Positions 50,536 through 63,316 are shown, counted from the first letter of the whole stretch. The stretch: DNA of 63,316 nt, filler included, from Rhabdomonas costata (GCA_019059605.1; 35 parts of 35 records of this genome joined end to end with filler, not necessarily neighbours in it), one strand, 5' to 3'. The notes: generated from the letters alone by a model not told the origin. Program-made: numbers and translations.

Positions 50536-50744
50536 GTAAGAGGCACAGCCGCAGCTGGTGTGCAATTTGAGAAATTTTCGAAAGAAACCTCGCTTCAACA
50601 AGGTCGTGAAGCTGGCCGCCAACGAGGGCGGTGCAACCCCAACANNNNNNNNNNNNNNNNNNNNNNNNNNNNNNNNNNNNNNNNNNNNTTAATTAATTAA
50701 NNNNNNNNNNNNNNNNNNNNNNNNNNNNNNNNNNNNNNNNNNNN

Positions 50745-52110
50745 GACCTGGGCCTCGTGGGCTTTGGCCCGCTCCTGCGCCAGCTGCTGAAGCTTGAGCT
50801 GCTGCATGTTCGGGCCCTCGTGCTTGGGCTGTGGGAGCCGAGTTGTCGCATTTCTCATCGAGCAAGGCAAACCGCAAAAGCGCACGAAGGTGAATCGGCG
50901 ACGATGAACCACATTTTCTTCTGAGGACCTTGCGACCCCAACTTTGAATTGTTTGGAGTGTTTGCTTGCGATAGGTCCGGCATAAGGACAAAGCCGACGC
51001 GAAGACCACTGAAATGCCGTTTTGGACGCGGGATCACCGAAAGTCCGGCTCTTGCATGCTCACTAATGACAAATGATGGCCCACTTCCTGATTCACGCAT
51101 ATCCACACCCGGCTGCAAAGCTGAATGTACTCTGTCACGGCCTGCTCCAGAAGATGCTTTCTGCGCTCCTCATTGAACTGAGCACGGAGCTTAGCCTAAG
51201 GGCAAAGCGCAGACAAGAGCGTGCGAGACAATCCTTAGCGAAGTGAACTTCAACTGTTGATGGGAGAATCGGGCATAAAGGAAGCACGGTTATCCCAAGG
51301 AAAAGAAAGGAACAGCGTCCAGAGCGTCCAAACGTTATCGGAGGTAGAAAGTGGAGGCGCAGCAGTCAGGAAGACGGGTGAGTATATGGACTGACAGTAT
51401 AGGTCAATGTGCGCGGATGAGAAGAATGGTCGAGGAAAAGGAAGAAACGGGTCCTTATGATGCTGTGGTTCGAAATGACTGGGGCATTCATGGCATTCAT
51501 CTGAAAACTGTACTCGGTCAGGCATCAAGCGCAGGGTGTTGCCCATGGTCGGACAGGAATCAAATCGGAATCGGAGGGTGGGCGCTCTCCATACCTCCAG
51601 CTTCGAAAACCCCTCCTTCACGTAGTCTTCTTCGGAGCGAAGCCTGAGGTCAGACTCCACGATCCCCAGTCTGAGAAGGACATCCTGCGAACGTCGCGCC
51701 ATGCCGAGTCCAAAAGAAGGTTCATCCCAACCCCTCCATAAACACACCACGTGTGACCAAAGTAACTGCTCCTTCTGCCCACCGTCTCGACCATGTAAGC
51801 TTCAACCCCACGGGAGCGCAAAGATGTGACTGCTGGAGAAAGGTCTGAGCGGTTACGCGCGTGGCCGTTGAGGCCAAACGCAAGGCCAGAGCGCAAGGGT
51901 AACTTTGTGTGATGTAACACGCAACTCGATATGCATTGTGAGTCGCAAGTTCGATGTGGAGCGGTGCGCCCACCGCAGGACGTCCAACCTTCGAGCGCGG
52001 GGAGGTGATCGGATCGGTCCCATTGTAGGACGATAAGGAGATCATCCTTACCCGCTCCCCCGAGAAAACGGAGGCCATCGTTGGAGCGACTGTCCCGCTG
52101 TCAGCCAATG
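50745..52110 (-). CDS. Several short exons of a hypothetical protein
   Basis: Splice-signal-bounded coding-like segments, e.g. DVLLRLGIVESDLRLRSEEDYVKEGFSKLE and PKHEGPNMQQLKLQQLAQERAKAHE. Connectivity not established. Confidence 0.4.
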
Positions 52111-52991
52111 AAGAGGCACTAATATGCTTCTGAGACATTTCGTCCACAAAAAACTATCGTGTACCATGCAAGGAAAGAAAACCGAAGACGGACATATCGT
52201 GAAAAGTGTTGGGACAGAGATCAACACTGAAAAGGAGGCATTGAGGAAAGGACACGCTGAACGACGTGCGATGCCTGACAGAGCCATCAGAAAAACAATT
52301 TGCGATGGAACAGGCAGGCAAACGCCTTGGTTCACTCTGGGTAAACCTCAAGCTCAGTACTTGATGCTTCTTGTAATGCAGCGTCAGCAAACGCGGGTAT
52401 TTTCATGACGACCACTGGAGCATTTTGTGAAGCACCTGTATCTGCAAAACTGTCTNNNNNNNNNNNNNNNNNNNNNNNNNNNNNNNNNNNNNNNNNNNNT
52501 TAATTAATTAANNNNNNNNNNNNNNNNNNNNNNNNNNNNNNNNNNNNNNNNNNNNGTTGGGTTGTTGCCACTTGGGCTGACGAGTGAGACAGCATCGGCG
52601 GTCGGCTGGGGTTGGAACCTGGCCTGGAGGGCCTTTTTCTTTGGTCCAAGAGGAAAAAGTGTTCCCACTGATAACCAGTGCCACCTCATCCCCACCCCAG
52701 GCCCGTCTGAGAAGCGAAGGAACCCCATGGAGAAGGGAGTTCACTTCCCCACCACTTCCCTGAAATGTCGAAATTTTGGTTTTTTACGTATATACAATTG
52801 TGTCTGTTTTTTCGCGTTTTTACTGAAGGGAGAGATGTTGGGCGTATGCAGGGCATGTGTGCTTCGCTGAAGAAGTCCTCCCTTTGTTTTCTTGTCTTGG
52901 CGCGCTTGCGTGTGTGTGAAAACTCGAAAACAATCACACATTTCACAACCTCACAAAAGCTGTGTAATAAGTGGGGGGTGGGGTGATGCAG

Positions 52992-53214
52992 GACGACGGC
53001 AAGCTGCTTGCCCAAGATGTGGAGGTCCCGGCCTCCACGGCATGTGCCTCACCACAACCCTCCGCCCCGCAGTCCCGACTGCTGCTGCAGCGGCTGGAAG
53101 AGGAGCAGCAGTCGCAGCAGCTCCGAGAGCTGCTCCAAGAGGACTCTCGGGCCCGCGGAAACGGGGACCCTGATACCACCGTGCAGCTCTCGACAATCCT
53201 GACGGCCTTCCAAG
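52992..53214 (+). CDS. Internal exon(s), coiled-coil hypothetical protein
   Basis: CAG|GAC...CAAG|GT, including SRLLLQRLEEEQQSQQLRELLQED. Confidence 0.55.
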
Positions 53215-54361
53215 GTCTTTCGACTCCGTTTTCGTTCCTTCTCCCTCGTGTTGCGCTTGTGAAATTGAAGGGTAGGGGAAATAGTTTCAGCCCGTCTTGC
53301 ATATCAAAAGCTCCGCAAAGAAGCCTTTCGATGGTTCGTCGGTGTCATTCGATGGACCAGGTCTCTCTACTGCATTGCCGCCGACACGCCCCCAAAGGCT
53401 CACCCCAGTGTATGAGGTTCCGTCTGTTTGGTAAACCCCCCCACACACACATACTATCCAGGGTTGTATAGTGTCCACTATCCGTCGATTTGACCCCTGA
53501 AGGGCGATGAACGGTTCTCAAGAGATTGCAGTACAAAACGGCGAAGGCCAGCCGCCGCCGCGGCCGAGCGGCCAGAAGCCCGGAGGGGGGGATGCGTGGG
53601 CGAAGGGGAAGTGCCCCTGGACTTTGTTGCAGCTGTGGAATCTTGCTGGCTGGATAGTGGGGGTGAATGACCCATCTGCTTGCCAGAATGCCGTGAACTT
53701 CACAGGTGGACGTGCAGCAGGAGTAAGAAAGAATGTTTGGCGCTGAAAGTGGCACTATCACTAATTAGATAGTAGCTGAACCACGAAGGCCTGGAGGAGA
53801 GATTTCCAACGCCGCGAAGTACACCCGACACCGTGCCTCATGGGCCCCACAGCATTACTGAAAAGCGTATGGTGTGTTGAGATGACGTTGATGCTTGTCG
53901 CTGTGCTGGCGTTGAGGTGATGCCCTGACACAGAGCATCGGTCGTCCATGCGTTTATGTGTTCGCCTCCGAAACAACAGGGCGGCTGGGGCAGGACCTGA
54001 GTTGTAGCTCCCGCCTTGAGGTGGTGACGGTGAGTCGTAGTAGGGCTTTGCGTGGCAGGTGACGGGAGAATGGGGTGACCTCAATGTTTGTATACTTCTT
54101 GTGTGTGAACCGGGGACAGAAACCATCTTGCGCATGGCGCTCCTCTTTGCCTCTGTCCTGAGTAGGCTTGTGTTTCATTGAAGAAGTGTCATTTTGTTCG
54201 ATTGTTCTCACCGCCAGCCCGCGCGCGTGCGCGCTTGAGTGAGCCAGTAGAACACACCCCCNNNNNNNNNNNNNNNNNNNNNNNNNNNNNNNNNNNNNNN
54301 NNNNNTTAATTAATTAANNNNNNNNNNNNNNNNNNNNNNNNNNNNNNNNNNNNNNNNNNNN

Positions 54362-56072
54362 AATCCCGACCCACGCACTGCAAAAGATCACCCACCCACC
54401 TAAGGACACGCAGAACCACAATGCCAACACCAAAAGCACACCAAGCACCGAACTCACCAGCACAATTCCGCAAGGCAGCACAACTCAATATCGAAGCACA
54501 CACAACACCCTGAACACCCTGAACTCCATGCACACCCCAAGCACAGCGTGCACAAACACCAGCAACCCCACACATAGCACCATTCAACATCGTAGAATCA
54601 CACCCAGCCTACACCTACCCAACATCGCTGCACCCCAACACAGCACAATAGCAAACCAAAGCGCCCAAAGCATCCTGTACACCAACCACCACGCACAAGT
54701 CAACTCCAGCCCCGTAAGAATTCACCACGCAACCCACACCCGACACCACAGAAGCACACAACCCTCCAAGGACACCTAAACTCACAGCATCAACATCGCA
54801 ACAAACAGCAGAAGCACCCAGGACACCAGAATCCACACCGCAACTCAAGAACCCCCAACGACAACAACATGGCACACATAGAACTCTTAATGACAACCTA
54901 CGCGGATGGACCGAACCCTGACACCTAGCACACGGCAACCCCACCATGCACACTCAACCCACACCAAGCACCCGTCAAATCCACACCACGTAAATGAGCA
55001 AACATAGCGAACCCTACCACGCAAGGGACACAACAACACACACACAACTCCCAACCCAAACCCACGGCAACGACACTCGAAAACGCTCACTCGGCTGAGG
55101 AACAATACAAACCCGTAAGAACCAAGCCCGTAACCAATTGCAACCCACACACATGCACGCACAGAACCCTAATGACGAGCCTGGAGACAACAACGCCCTA
55201 ACCCACTTGCAACACTCTTAGAAACGATTTGAAGAACAGCGAAGGAGACAGAAGAACAACGGAAGCATGAACCCGAAGACCGAAAACCGAAGGCAGAAAC
55301 CGACACGGAACCCAGCACCATGCACCCAACCCATCCATGCACCCAATCGCCCAACACCAATCGCTACAAACCCAAAGACAGAAATTCATGCAGCCACGAA
55401 CCCCGCAGCAAAAATCCATGCAGCAACACTAACCCTTCATGCACACCACGCATGCAACCCAAACCCGTAACCCCGATGAATAAGATGGAAACACGCCGAC
55501 ATACCCCGACCTACTCATGCACAACCCAAACGCCACCCATCAATATCGCCAACATCAATCTTAGCAAACCCAGCCACAGAAATCCTTCCAACCCCAACCA
55601 TGCACAAAATCCTTCCAGCACCAAACCTATCCATGAAACCCAGCCTTTAACAACCACGCTCCAACATCCATGCAACCAACCACCGCAACCATGCATCCAA
55701 GAAATCCTTGCCCAACCCAAACCCTGAAACCCACGAAGTAAAGAACCAAGCACCCCTTCCAACACCAATCGCTTCAAGCACCCATAAGCATCCATGCCAT
55801 GCACAAGTCCAGCCTTCAACAAATCCATGCACACAATCGCACCAAACACCCATAAGCATCCATGAACCCTTCAACCCACGAAATCCATGTACACGACAAC
55901 AAAGCAAAGTGAGGGGAATAACAGTAGACGTACCGGCACGCGTACCAACCCAAAAGAAGGAAAACCGGAGAGTGGGGACACAACTTTGATAACAACGATG
56001 TAAACCCGCCTGAACCCGTGACGCCAAACATCGACAACCATGCATGCAACCCAGCACCAGTCCCACCACAAC
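54362..56072. other. Whole contig of A/C-skewed mosaic low-complexity sequence
   Basis: G and T are scarce on the + strand. Short words are reshuffled (CCATGCA, CACCAATCGC, CACCCATAAGCATCCATG twice). No protein motifs. Confidence 0.6.
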
Positions 56073-56307
56073 NNNNNNNNNNNNNNNNNNNNNNNNNNNN
56101 NNNNNNNNNNNNNNNNTTAATTAATTAANNNNNNNNNNNNNNNNNNNNNNNNNNNNNNNNNNNNNNNNNNNNGTTTTTTTATCCTGCGAGCACCTCACCC
56201 ACCAACCTGCTTGCTTCGTCTTCCCTTTGATTCCTGACCCTTTAATTCATCGAATGTTCGCCTGGCATTGCTGAGCGCTGCTCGATGATTGCTTTTGCCC
56301 ATTCCAG

Positions 56308-56565
56308 GTCTTCACGAAGACCCAGGGGGTGTTCAACCTGTCCTCAGATCAGGCTACTGTGGGCACCTTCGTTGTCACCAGCGTGCGCGTGGTCTGGTTC
56401 AGTGACTTCTCTGAGAATTTCAGCGTCTCCATTCCCTACCTCCAGCTCAAGAGCGTTGATGTCCGGAACTCGAAGTTCGGTTTCGCGGTGGTAGTGGAGA
56501 CCACGGCGCAGGGCGGGGGCCATATGCTGGGGTTCCGCGTGGATCCTGTGGAGAGGATGCGAGAG
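56308..56565 (+). CDS. BBS5: BBSome subunit BBS5, internal exon
   Basis: GVFNLSSDQATVGTFVVTSVRVVWFS...FSVSIPYLQ...SKFGFAVVVET...MLGFRVDPVE matches the second PH-like domain of BBS5. AG/GT bounded. Confidence 0.95.
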
Positions 56566-57124
56566 GTGCAGTGAGGGACGCGCTTTGCTCTTTCTTTGTC
56601 TGTCTCCTTTTCCCTGACCTTCTAATTGACTCAGTCATCTCTGTCGCTCGCCTTGCTTTCCGCTCAGGCCTCCTGGCTTGGCGGGGTGTTAAATGGTGCC
56701 TCTCATGCGAGCCACTCACAGATATACACGGGCCCAGTCACCCGAACCTGCAGATATCCGTGTAAGTTGTGTGAGGGTCACAAGGCCAGGGCCACGGCTG
56801 AAGACGCTGCACATAAGTGGAATGTCGCGGGAGAACACCACAGAGGATAATTTTTTCTTTTGGTTAGGGGATGGGGTGTGACATGAGTGTTACATGTGAT
56901 GGCCTGCCCCAGGTGGTGCTGTCTTATTAGATGGTCTACAACCCACGACCCTAAAGAATTGGAACATACATCTGGTGCCCAGGCCCAAATAGCCGCACAT
57001 GCTTTCTTCAGTGATGCAGACTGTCCCGATCAGACTGAAGCCCCTCTCCTCCCGGATTGGTCATGATAGGAAACTGCCCGTGGATGTGTGATATGCCCGG
57101 GCCTACCACTGCCTGCATAATCTC

Positions 57125-57146
57125 TGTGTGTGTGTGTGTGTGTGTG
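57125..57146. repeat. (TG)n microsatellite; similar runs at about 50275-50290 and (GA)n at about 27669-27688
   Basis: Directly visible dinucleotide runs. Confidence 0.9.
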
Positions 57147-59369
57147 TTGTATGGTTGAGGCCAGCCTCGAGGTGCAGCCCGAGCCCAAGAAACAGCGAAG
57201 CCTGACGAGAGCTGCGAAAGTCATAGAGAGCAGCAGGTTTCCCAAGAACCTCCGCCCAGCAGCAGAAGAGCGCTCCGTAACCTCGAGAAGCGGTCAGACA
57301 GCGGGAGAGTTGCGAAAGTCCCCTGGAGACAGAAAAGACCTCACACAGACACATTTCGTGCACAAGGCACGGTTTTGGTCGTGATTTTGCTCCAAACTTT
57401 AGTTATGCAAGGAGATATCCACCGTGCGCAAGATCAGCCTTGCGGGGCCGTTCTTTGGCATCGAGTTGTCTGCAGAAGGAGAGCTGTTGATTTTGGAGGA
57501 CCCCAACGAGAAGACCACCGAGGCAGACTTTACCTCTTCTTCCCCTCCTTCCAACCAGTCCCGAACGTCACAAGCTGTGACTGTCTTCTGAGGCCCAAGC
57601 GGGACTCTGGGCATACCCCCCAAGAAATACTTGCACATATAGAAAGGTTTTTGGTGCTTTTGAATTTATGCACTTATTGTATCCAATCGTCATTACAATT
57701 CTATATTTCGAAGGAGAGGAACAGAATACTTGGAGCACCGTTCCGAAAAAAGTTCTGAAAGTCCTTGTTTTTCTTGGTTCCTCAAAGCCTTAATCCTGTA
57801 GTCCAATGGAAGATGATCAGATCCCCCCATCCACAAACTTTGTGCCTGGCAACTTAATCACGGCGGTAGTTGTGCTCGGGGGCNNNNNNNNNNNNNNNNN
57901 NNNNNNNNNNNNNNNNNNNNNNNNNNNTTAATTAATTAANNNNNNNNNNNNNNNNNNNNNNNNNNNNNNNNNNNNNNNNNNNNTGTTTTGGTTCTACAGT
58001 TGTTGGGTGATTTTTGGCGGTTTCGTGGATTATTTGTGTTGCGGGGCTGTTTTCCTTACCTTCCTCTCCCTTGAGCTGTTGCCGTGGGTTCGCAGCTCTT
58101 TTGGGTTTGTCGTCCTTGGGTGTGCATGTTGTTGGCGGGGTTTTGCTGCTTTTTTTCCTTTACTTTCCCTTACTTTCCGATATAACCCCTGTTGTCAACC
58201 AACCAGTGGCACAACGTGGAAGAATTGACCAGTAGAACCAGTGTAGCGACTGGTTAATGCTACCATATTACCACGTAAGAGTTCGCCCGATGATGCTCAG
58301 CTCCAACCAAAGTGGAGGCCGCAGACGCCGACGGACTGGTAGATGTTGAGTGAGTGGTGGAGCGAACCAGCAGTGATGGTGGTGAGGCACCCTATGGCGG
58401 TGGAGTGACCCGGTAGTGGTGGTTGAGTTTTATTCTTTGACTTAGGGACAGTTGGATGAGTGACTTAACCGTTCGTAAGCGCCGCAAGAATCGCACCGCC
58501 CTCTCCTGAAACTGCTTAGCTATCTGCTGCAGTGAAGGAAGCGTCTGACACTGCAGCATTGCAGCGCCAGCCACTTCTTTCAACCGCTTGCGGTACTACA
58601 GCTGCTGCCAGCTGAAACATATGGCATGACCTTTGGACCGCGGAACCAATGCCGGCGAAGCACCGTAATGGCAGTGCCCCACAAGGTCCCAAGGGATGAT
58701 TGCTGAGCAGAGGATCCCCCCCATGAAAAGAACCGCAACGCCAACGCCAACATACCATACGAGAGCCAGCAACGGAACGCCACAAGCCACAAACACCACG
58801 TAGACATAGACATCCAACACCCACCCCAACCACAGCCACGCTTGACAGAATAAGAATCTCCACAGATTTGGCCGCACTGTTCGAAAGGCTTCCCAATAAG
58901 TCTGAAACGAGCCATACAACTATAAAGGAAGGCACAGACAGCCGCTCTTGCGTACCATAGCACCAAATATCCGGAGGAAGTTTCGCTCTCAGGCGCTCCA
59001 GCCGAGTCTCCGCCGTGTCACTCTCCTCCTCCTCCAAAGGCTGAGCCCAACATCCCAAGTCACTTTCCAGAGGATGCCATCAATACACCATAATTCATCG
59101 ATGCTGCGTCCGGACTACCAGTGCAGTTCAGTTCAGTTCAGTTACGACGGGTTTGCAGCCACATTTTTTCCTCGCAGTCATTCGGAACCGACACTGGTAT
59201 GAGTCATCGTTCGCTTGAAATCGTTTGCCATCGATGAGAATAGCAATCAAAGGTTCTGAAATCCCTGCAGCTGATCCAAAAAAAAACTTACGCAGGGTAA
59301 AGAAGCAGCCAGCCCGCTATCCCCCCGGAGAGCCTCCGCCAGGGTCTGGGTCCGGTCGGAAGCGCCGCC

Positions 59370-59695
59370 GTGCCCGCTGAACTGTGGGCATCTTTCGGCC
59401 TGCCCTGGACGCTCCCCCTTCACCCACCAGTGAACTGCAGGGCTTCCCCCGACGCAGATGTCATGCTCCACACTCTCGCGTGCAGCGGCCTGCTCTTTCC
59501 CTTGCCACCCCAGCCTGCTGCCCCTGCCTTCGTAACGGCGAAAACACGAGATAAGGCCCGGCTTTTGTTGGACTTGCGCGCTTACAACAAGGTTTGGTCC
59601 ACCCCTCCCCGTTTTCACCTCCCTCAGCTCTCCCAGCTCCTTGCTTCTCCACGTGCCTCCCTGCTATACTTTACTAAGTTGGACGTGTCCAACTT
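59370..59695 (+). mobile_element. Reverse transcriptase N-terminal part of a DIRS-like (tyrosine-recombinase) retrotransposon, truncated
   Basis: AFVTAKTRDKARLLLDLRAYNK...RFHLPQL...YFTKLDVSN covers RT motifs 1-3 with the F-x-L-P spacing typical of DIRS-like RTs. Confidence 0.7.
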
Positions 59696-59798
59696 NNNNN
59701 NNNNNNNNNNNNNNNNNNNNNNNNNNNNNNNNNNNNNNNTTAATTAATTAANNNNNNNNNNNNNNNNNNNNNNNNNNNNNNNNNNNNNNNNNNNNTTG

Positions 59799-59848
59799 GG
59801 GGGGAATCGAAAATCTGTCATTCCCACATTTGATTTTCGATTCCCCCC
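59799..59848. repeat. Contig-terminal inverted repeat (17-bp arms)
   Basis: GGGGGGAATCGAAAATC pairs with GATTTTCGATTCCCCCC. Confidence 0.7.
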
Positions 59849-61612
59849 TAATTATCTAAGTGTATCCAATTGTCCATGTAATTCCCCCTTTAAAACTAAA
59901 AGGGTTTTTGTTTAACACTGAAATTTGGTGCGTGTTTTTCTGGTGATTTTCTTGTGTTGCTTCCTTTTTTGGTGGCTGGTGGCAAGGATAACCCCAATAG
60001 GAATAAGAGTGTCCCGTCAATGGATGCAAGAGCTGCTATTGATCAAGCAGCGGAAGACTGGAAAAGAGTTGCCATTGCCAAGAGGTATTGAGAAATTGAA
60101 AAGATGATTGTTTTGGGGTTCCGAGTTGAGTTGAATTGCTCAGTTCAAGAAAACAAACATGAACCGCAGTAGGTCAGGGTATGGGCAAGGTACAAAGTAA
60201 AGTACACGTCTAACAAGTGAGGTCAAGGGCATTGGCTATTCATAAGTCCGTAACTCTTGTAACGTAAACTCTTGGCTTCTTATTTTTAAACCTGCCAGAC
60301 CTTCTGTTTGAACGCATACGCATATAACACCGGCCGAGTAGGGCTCAGTATGCCGGCCTGCAAAGGTCTGAAAATTCACTCTAGCCTGAGTTCTGAGGTC
60401 AACGTTAGGTCTGCGGTCCAGTCCGGGAGTGGCCACGTCACTCAGCGCGTAGGCCCGCCTTGTAGAACCCCCAGAACCGAACCATACTGCGTGCTTCCAA
60501 AACCGTGAACGTGAAAAGAGGAGGTTATACTGTGCAAGGGGTTGTGAAAATGTGCAAGAAGACGTTATTTTATGGATGGTGCTGGGGGTTCGGGTTGGAA
60601 TCGGCACAAATGGGGGAAACCTCCCTCAAGTCCAGTTTCATGGAACTCTCTACAGGGCAGGCCCCTCCCCCCCGTGCCTGCTTCGCCTCGCATCCCTGCC
60701 AACGCTAAGAAGTTTCAAAAGTTGTCACCGAGAGAATGTTTGCAGTCGTGTCGACGGTTGGCTCGTTGTGACAAGACTCTTCATGTCGTGCCTGGATGCG
60801 CTGTATATCGGGAAGCTAGAGTTTGTTTTGTCTCACTTTCCGAGGGGCTCTGTAACCAGCTCTCTGTCACGGTTTTTCTTTGGTTTTTTACTGCTGTGAT
60901 GCCAACAACGTTTCTCATCGTCCTGATATTCCTTGAATGCAGCTTTCTGCTGACGCTCCGGTCGTCCACTTGTACCTTGGGCCTTGAACCTTGCCTCGGG
61001 GGTTGAGCAGCTGAGAAATGCGCCTTGGTTGAACCAAGGAAGGGGCGGGGTTCCTGTACACAGTTGTTGGACGTAGAAGCGGGAGGAGGAACAGCCCGAA
61101 TAGAAGGGTGCACAAAGTGTGTTTTGATGAGCGCCTTTCAGGCGTTTTGCAATTCAGGCAAACTGCCACTCATTGATTGATCACGCCAGAAAAGGAGAGA
61201 GTAAGGTGAAAAGGGAACATATACTATAACATTCACTTTTTAACCTTCACGTTTGCATAATTTGACCTTTATTTGGACGCGTTCCTCGCAAACCTAATCC
61301 CGTGCAAGAGAGAAACTTTCCCTAGGGGACATGCACCGCAAACGTATTGCCGTATTTTATGAATGACCCGAATGGAGTTCCCCCAGTACTGTTTGCCTGG
61401 CCGCCTTCTTGTGTGTTTTTCCTTGCTCAGCGGTGGCGACCGCCAGCTGTTTGTGGCCTCTTCCCAGCCGTATTCTTCCTCTGCGCAGCAGACGGTCCCC
61501 AACAAANNNNNNNNNNNNNNNNNNNNNNNNNNNNNNNNNNNNNNNNNNNNTTAATTAATTAANNNNNNNNNNNNNNNNNNNNNNNNNNNNNNNNNNNNNN
61601 NNNNNNGGGTTT

Positions 61613-61755
61613 GTGGAAGATTACGTCACAGTGGCAGCCCCACTGACGGATTTCAGCCTCTGAAACGCCGTCTCTTGAGCGTCGCTCCACACCCACTCCT
61701 TATTCTTCTTCATTAAATCCGTCAGTGGGGCTGCCACTGTGGCGTAATCTTCCAC
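61613..61755. repeat. Contig-terminal inverted repeat (41-bp arms) copied from the gypsy pol sequence
   Basis: 61613-61653 is the reverse complement of 61715-61755 with one mismatch. Confidence 0.85.
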
Positions 61756-63270
61756 TAATCTCTGGTAAAACCACACATCCCGAGGAAACTCTTTACATCT
61801 GTAGGGTTCCGCAACTGCGGCCACTTGTACTCTGGCATTAACATCCTCGTCTGTGGCCTGATCACATTTCTCTCCACAATAAATTCACAATACTCCACCT
61901 CTGGTTTGTCGGGCATGCACTTTTATGGATTAGCATACGGCTTCTCTCGGTCTAATCTCTGGTACAAGACCCACATTGCCTCCACACGGGCGTCCAACGT
62001 ATCCGCGTGAACCAAAATGTCATCCACATACGCCCCTGTTGTCTCTCTCAAGTCCTCAAAAATGAAATCCATTTTTCTTCTCAACGTGGCTGTGGCATTG
62101 CACAACACAAACGGCATCACTCTGAACTGGAACGACCCATACTTTGTCTTGAATGCCGTCCTCTCCACATGCTCTGAATGAATGCGGATCTGATGGAATC
62201 CAGCATGCAAATCCAGCTTCGAGAACCACTTCGCCTTTCCTGCGTGATCAATGATCTCGTCGATTCGGGGTAAATGGTACGCATCTGTAACAGCAATTGC
62301 GTTAAGCGGTCCGTAATTAACACACAACCGCAACTTACCGGTGGCCTTTGGAACAGCACACATGCGCCATAAGGCGAGGTTGCTGGCTCTATAAAACCAA
62401 GCTCCTGGAGACTCTCCAGTTGCTTCCGCAATTCATCATCTTCCGCCGGGAACATTCGGTAGAGCCTCTGGGCTGGTACCTTACTGTCAGGCTTCAAATC
62501 AATCCCGTGGTTCGTCTTCCTCAAAGGAGGTAACCATCCGGAAAGTGACGCTGGAAAGATGTGCGCAAATTCTTGGTTTAACTTCTCGATTTCTGGAGAT
62601 TTGGTTGGTAACAGGGCAGAAGAAGGGCCACAAATGCTTTGGTCCACCTCTTTGATCAACGTTTCTCTCCTCTTTCGAGGCAAATCTCGTAACATTCTTT
62701 TGATCTGACACTTAGGCTCCTGAGCCCTAGCTATGGCTCGCTGGTTCTGCTTAATTGCTGGGGAAGTCGCCTCCCGACCGCTGAACGCTCTGAACGAAAT
62801 GCGGTGGAGCAATCAACGGGTTCACCAAGGCAACTTTCCCTTGCTCGGTATCCAACATTCCTGTCGTGGGGCATTTGATTCAAAATGAATCCGCTGGAAG
62901 CGCCTGGATGTTGTACATGCGCTTCGAAGCAATGTGCCAACAATGCTGGGTTGATCACACTCAAAAACAAATTGATTGGCATGGTACCCCCCCTCCGACA
63001 ATCCGGACGAAGTGCTTCACTGGAAGTCTCTCCCCGTTTGCAACCCTCACCGGAAGCTTCTTCTGCAACGGGTGCCTCTGCAAACGGAATCTCCGGACCA
63101 ACTCTCACTACTGGTATTCTTCGTATGGGGCCACTGTCTTCACGCACCCCATTCGGTCGCTCCGGGTGCGGGTCGGCCTTTCGCGGCATCTCCACAACCA
63201 CTGGATGCAAGCCTGCCACGCGGCCGAGAACAAACCACAATGGCAGTGATGTACCGTCCAAACCCACCAC
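61621..63270 (-). mobile_element. Degenerate Ty3/gypsy LTR-retrotransposon pol (frameshifted)
   Basis: LPP..HGIDL, LGFIEPATSPYG, VPKATGKLRLCVNY, WFSKLDLHAGFHQIR, TAFKT..G.FQFRVMPF, YVDDILV and APLTDL...WVWS..QETAFQRLK are spread over several frames with stops. Confidence 0.93.
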
Positions 63271-63316
63271 AATCTAGAACCCAAGCTATGCATTCGATTT
63301 AACATCCAAAAAACAC

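Larger units (their letters stand above)
1..63316. other. Pseudo-scaffold of 35 independent ~1.71-kb contigs joined by 100-nt linkers (N44-TTAATTAATTAA-N44)
   Basis: The same linker, with stops in all six frames, recurs every ~1.81 kb (first at 1714-1813). Contig lengths drift from 1713 to about 1710 nt, and composition changes abruptly across linkers. Confidence 0.98.

Noticed and set aside
1-63316. Alternative genetic code, tRNA or rRNA genes
   Set aside because: Conserved exons have no in-frame stops and genes end at TGA or TAA. No tRNA or rRNA was recognisable by eye.

Overview
This is not one locus. It is 35 unrelated contigs of about 1.71 kb, apparently size-sorted and joined by a synthetic N44-TTAATTAATTAA-N44 linker, so adjacency across linkers has no biological meaning. 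G/T-only 5' tails, A/C-only 3' tails and fold-back inverted repeats at contig ends point to whole-genome-amplified (single-cell-type) DNA. Most contigs come from an intron-rich flagellated protist; a euglenid-like euglenozoan is my inference, not proven. Recognisable exons encode BBS5, Sec1/Munc18, SRBD1/Tex, ADPRM, a HIRAN protein, a GT10 fucosyltransferase-like enzyme, an SGNH hydrolase, a class III nucleotidyl cyclase, a hybrid histidine kinase, a receiver domain and an F-box-like protein. Degenerate Ty3/gypsy, DIRS-like and LINE-like retroelements are also present. One very AT-rich, intronless contig (466-aa ORF plus DnaJ) looks like a giant virus. The most interesting signals concern RNA processing. 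First, four apparent start codons sit 0-3 nt after a pyrimidine tract ending in CG with no AG acceptor, a candidate non-canonical trans-splice acceptor. Second, GC-AG introns are unusually frequent (4 of 14 introns I could define on both sides), often with a GCATG donor. All protein calls are from motif recognition by eye; no database searches were run.
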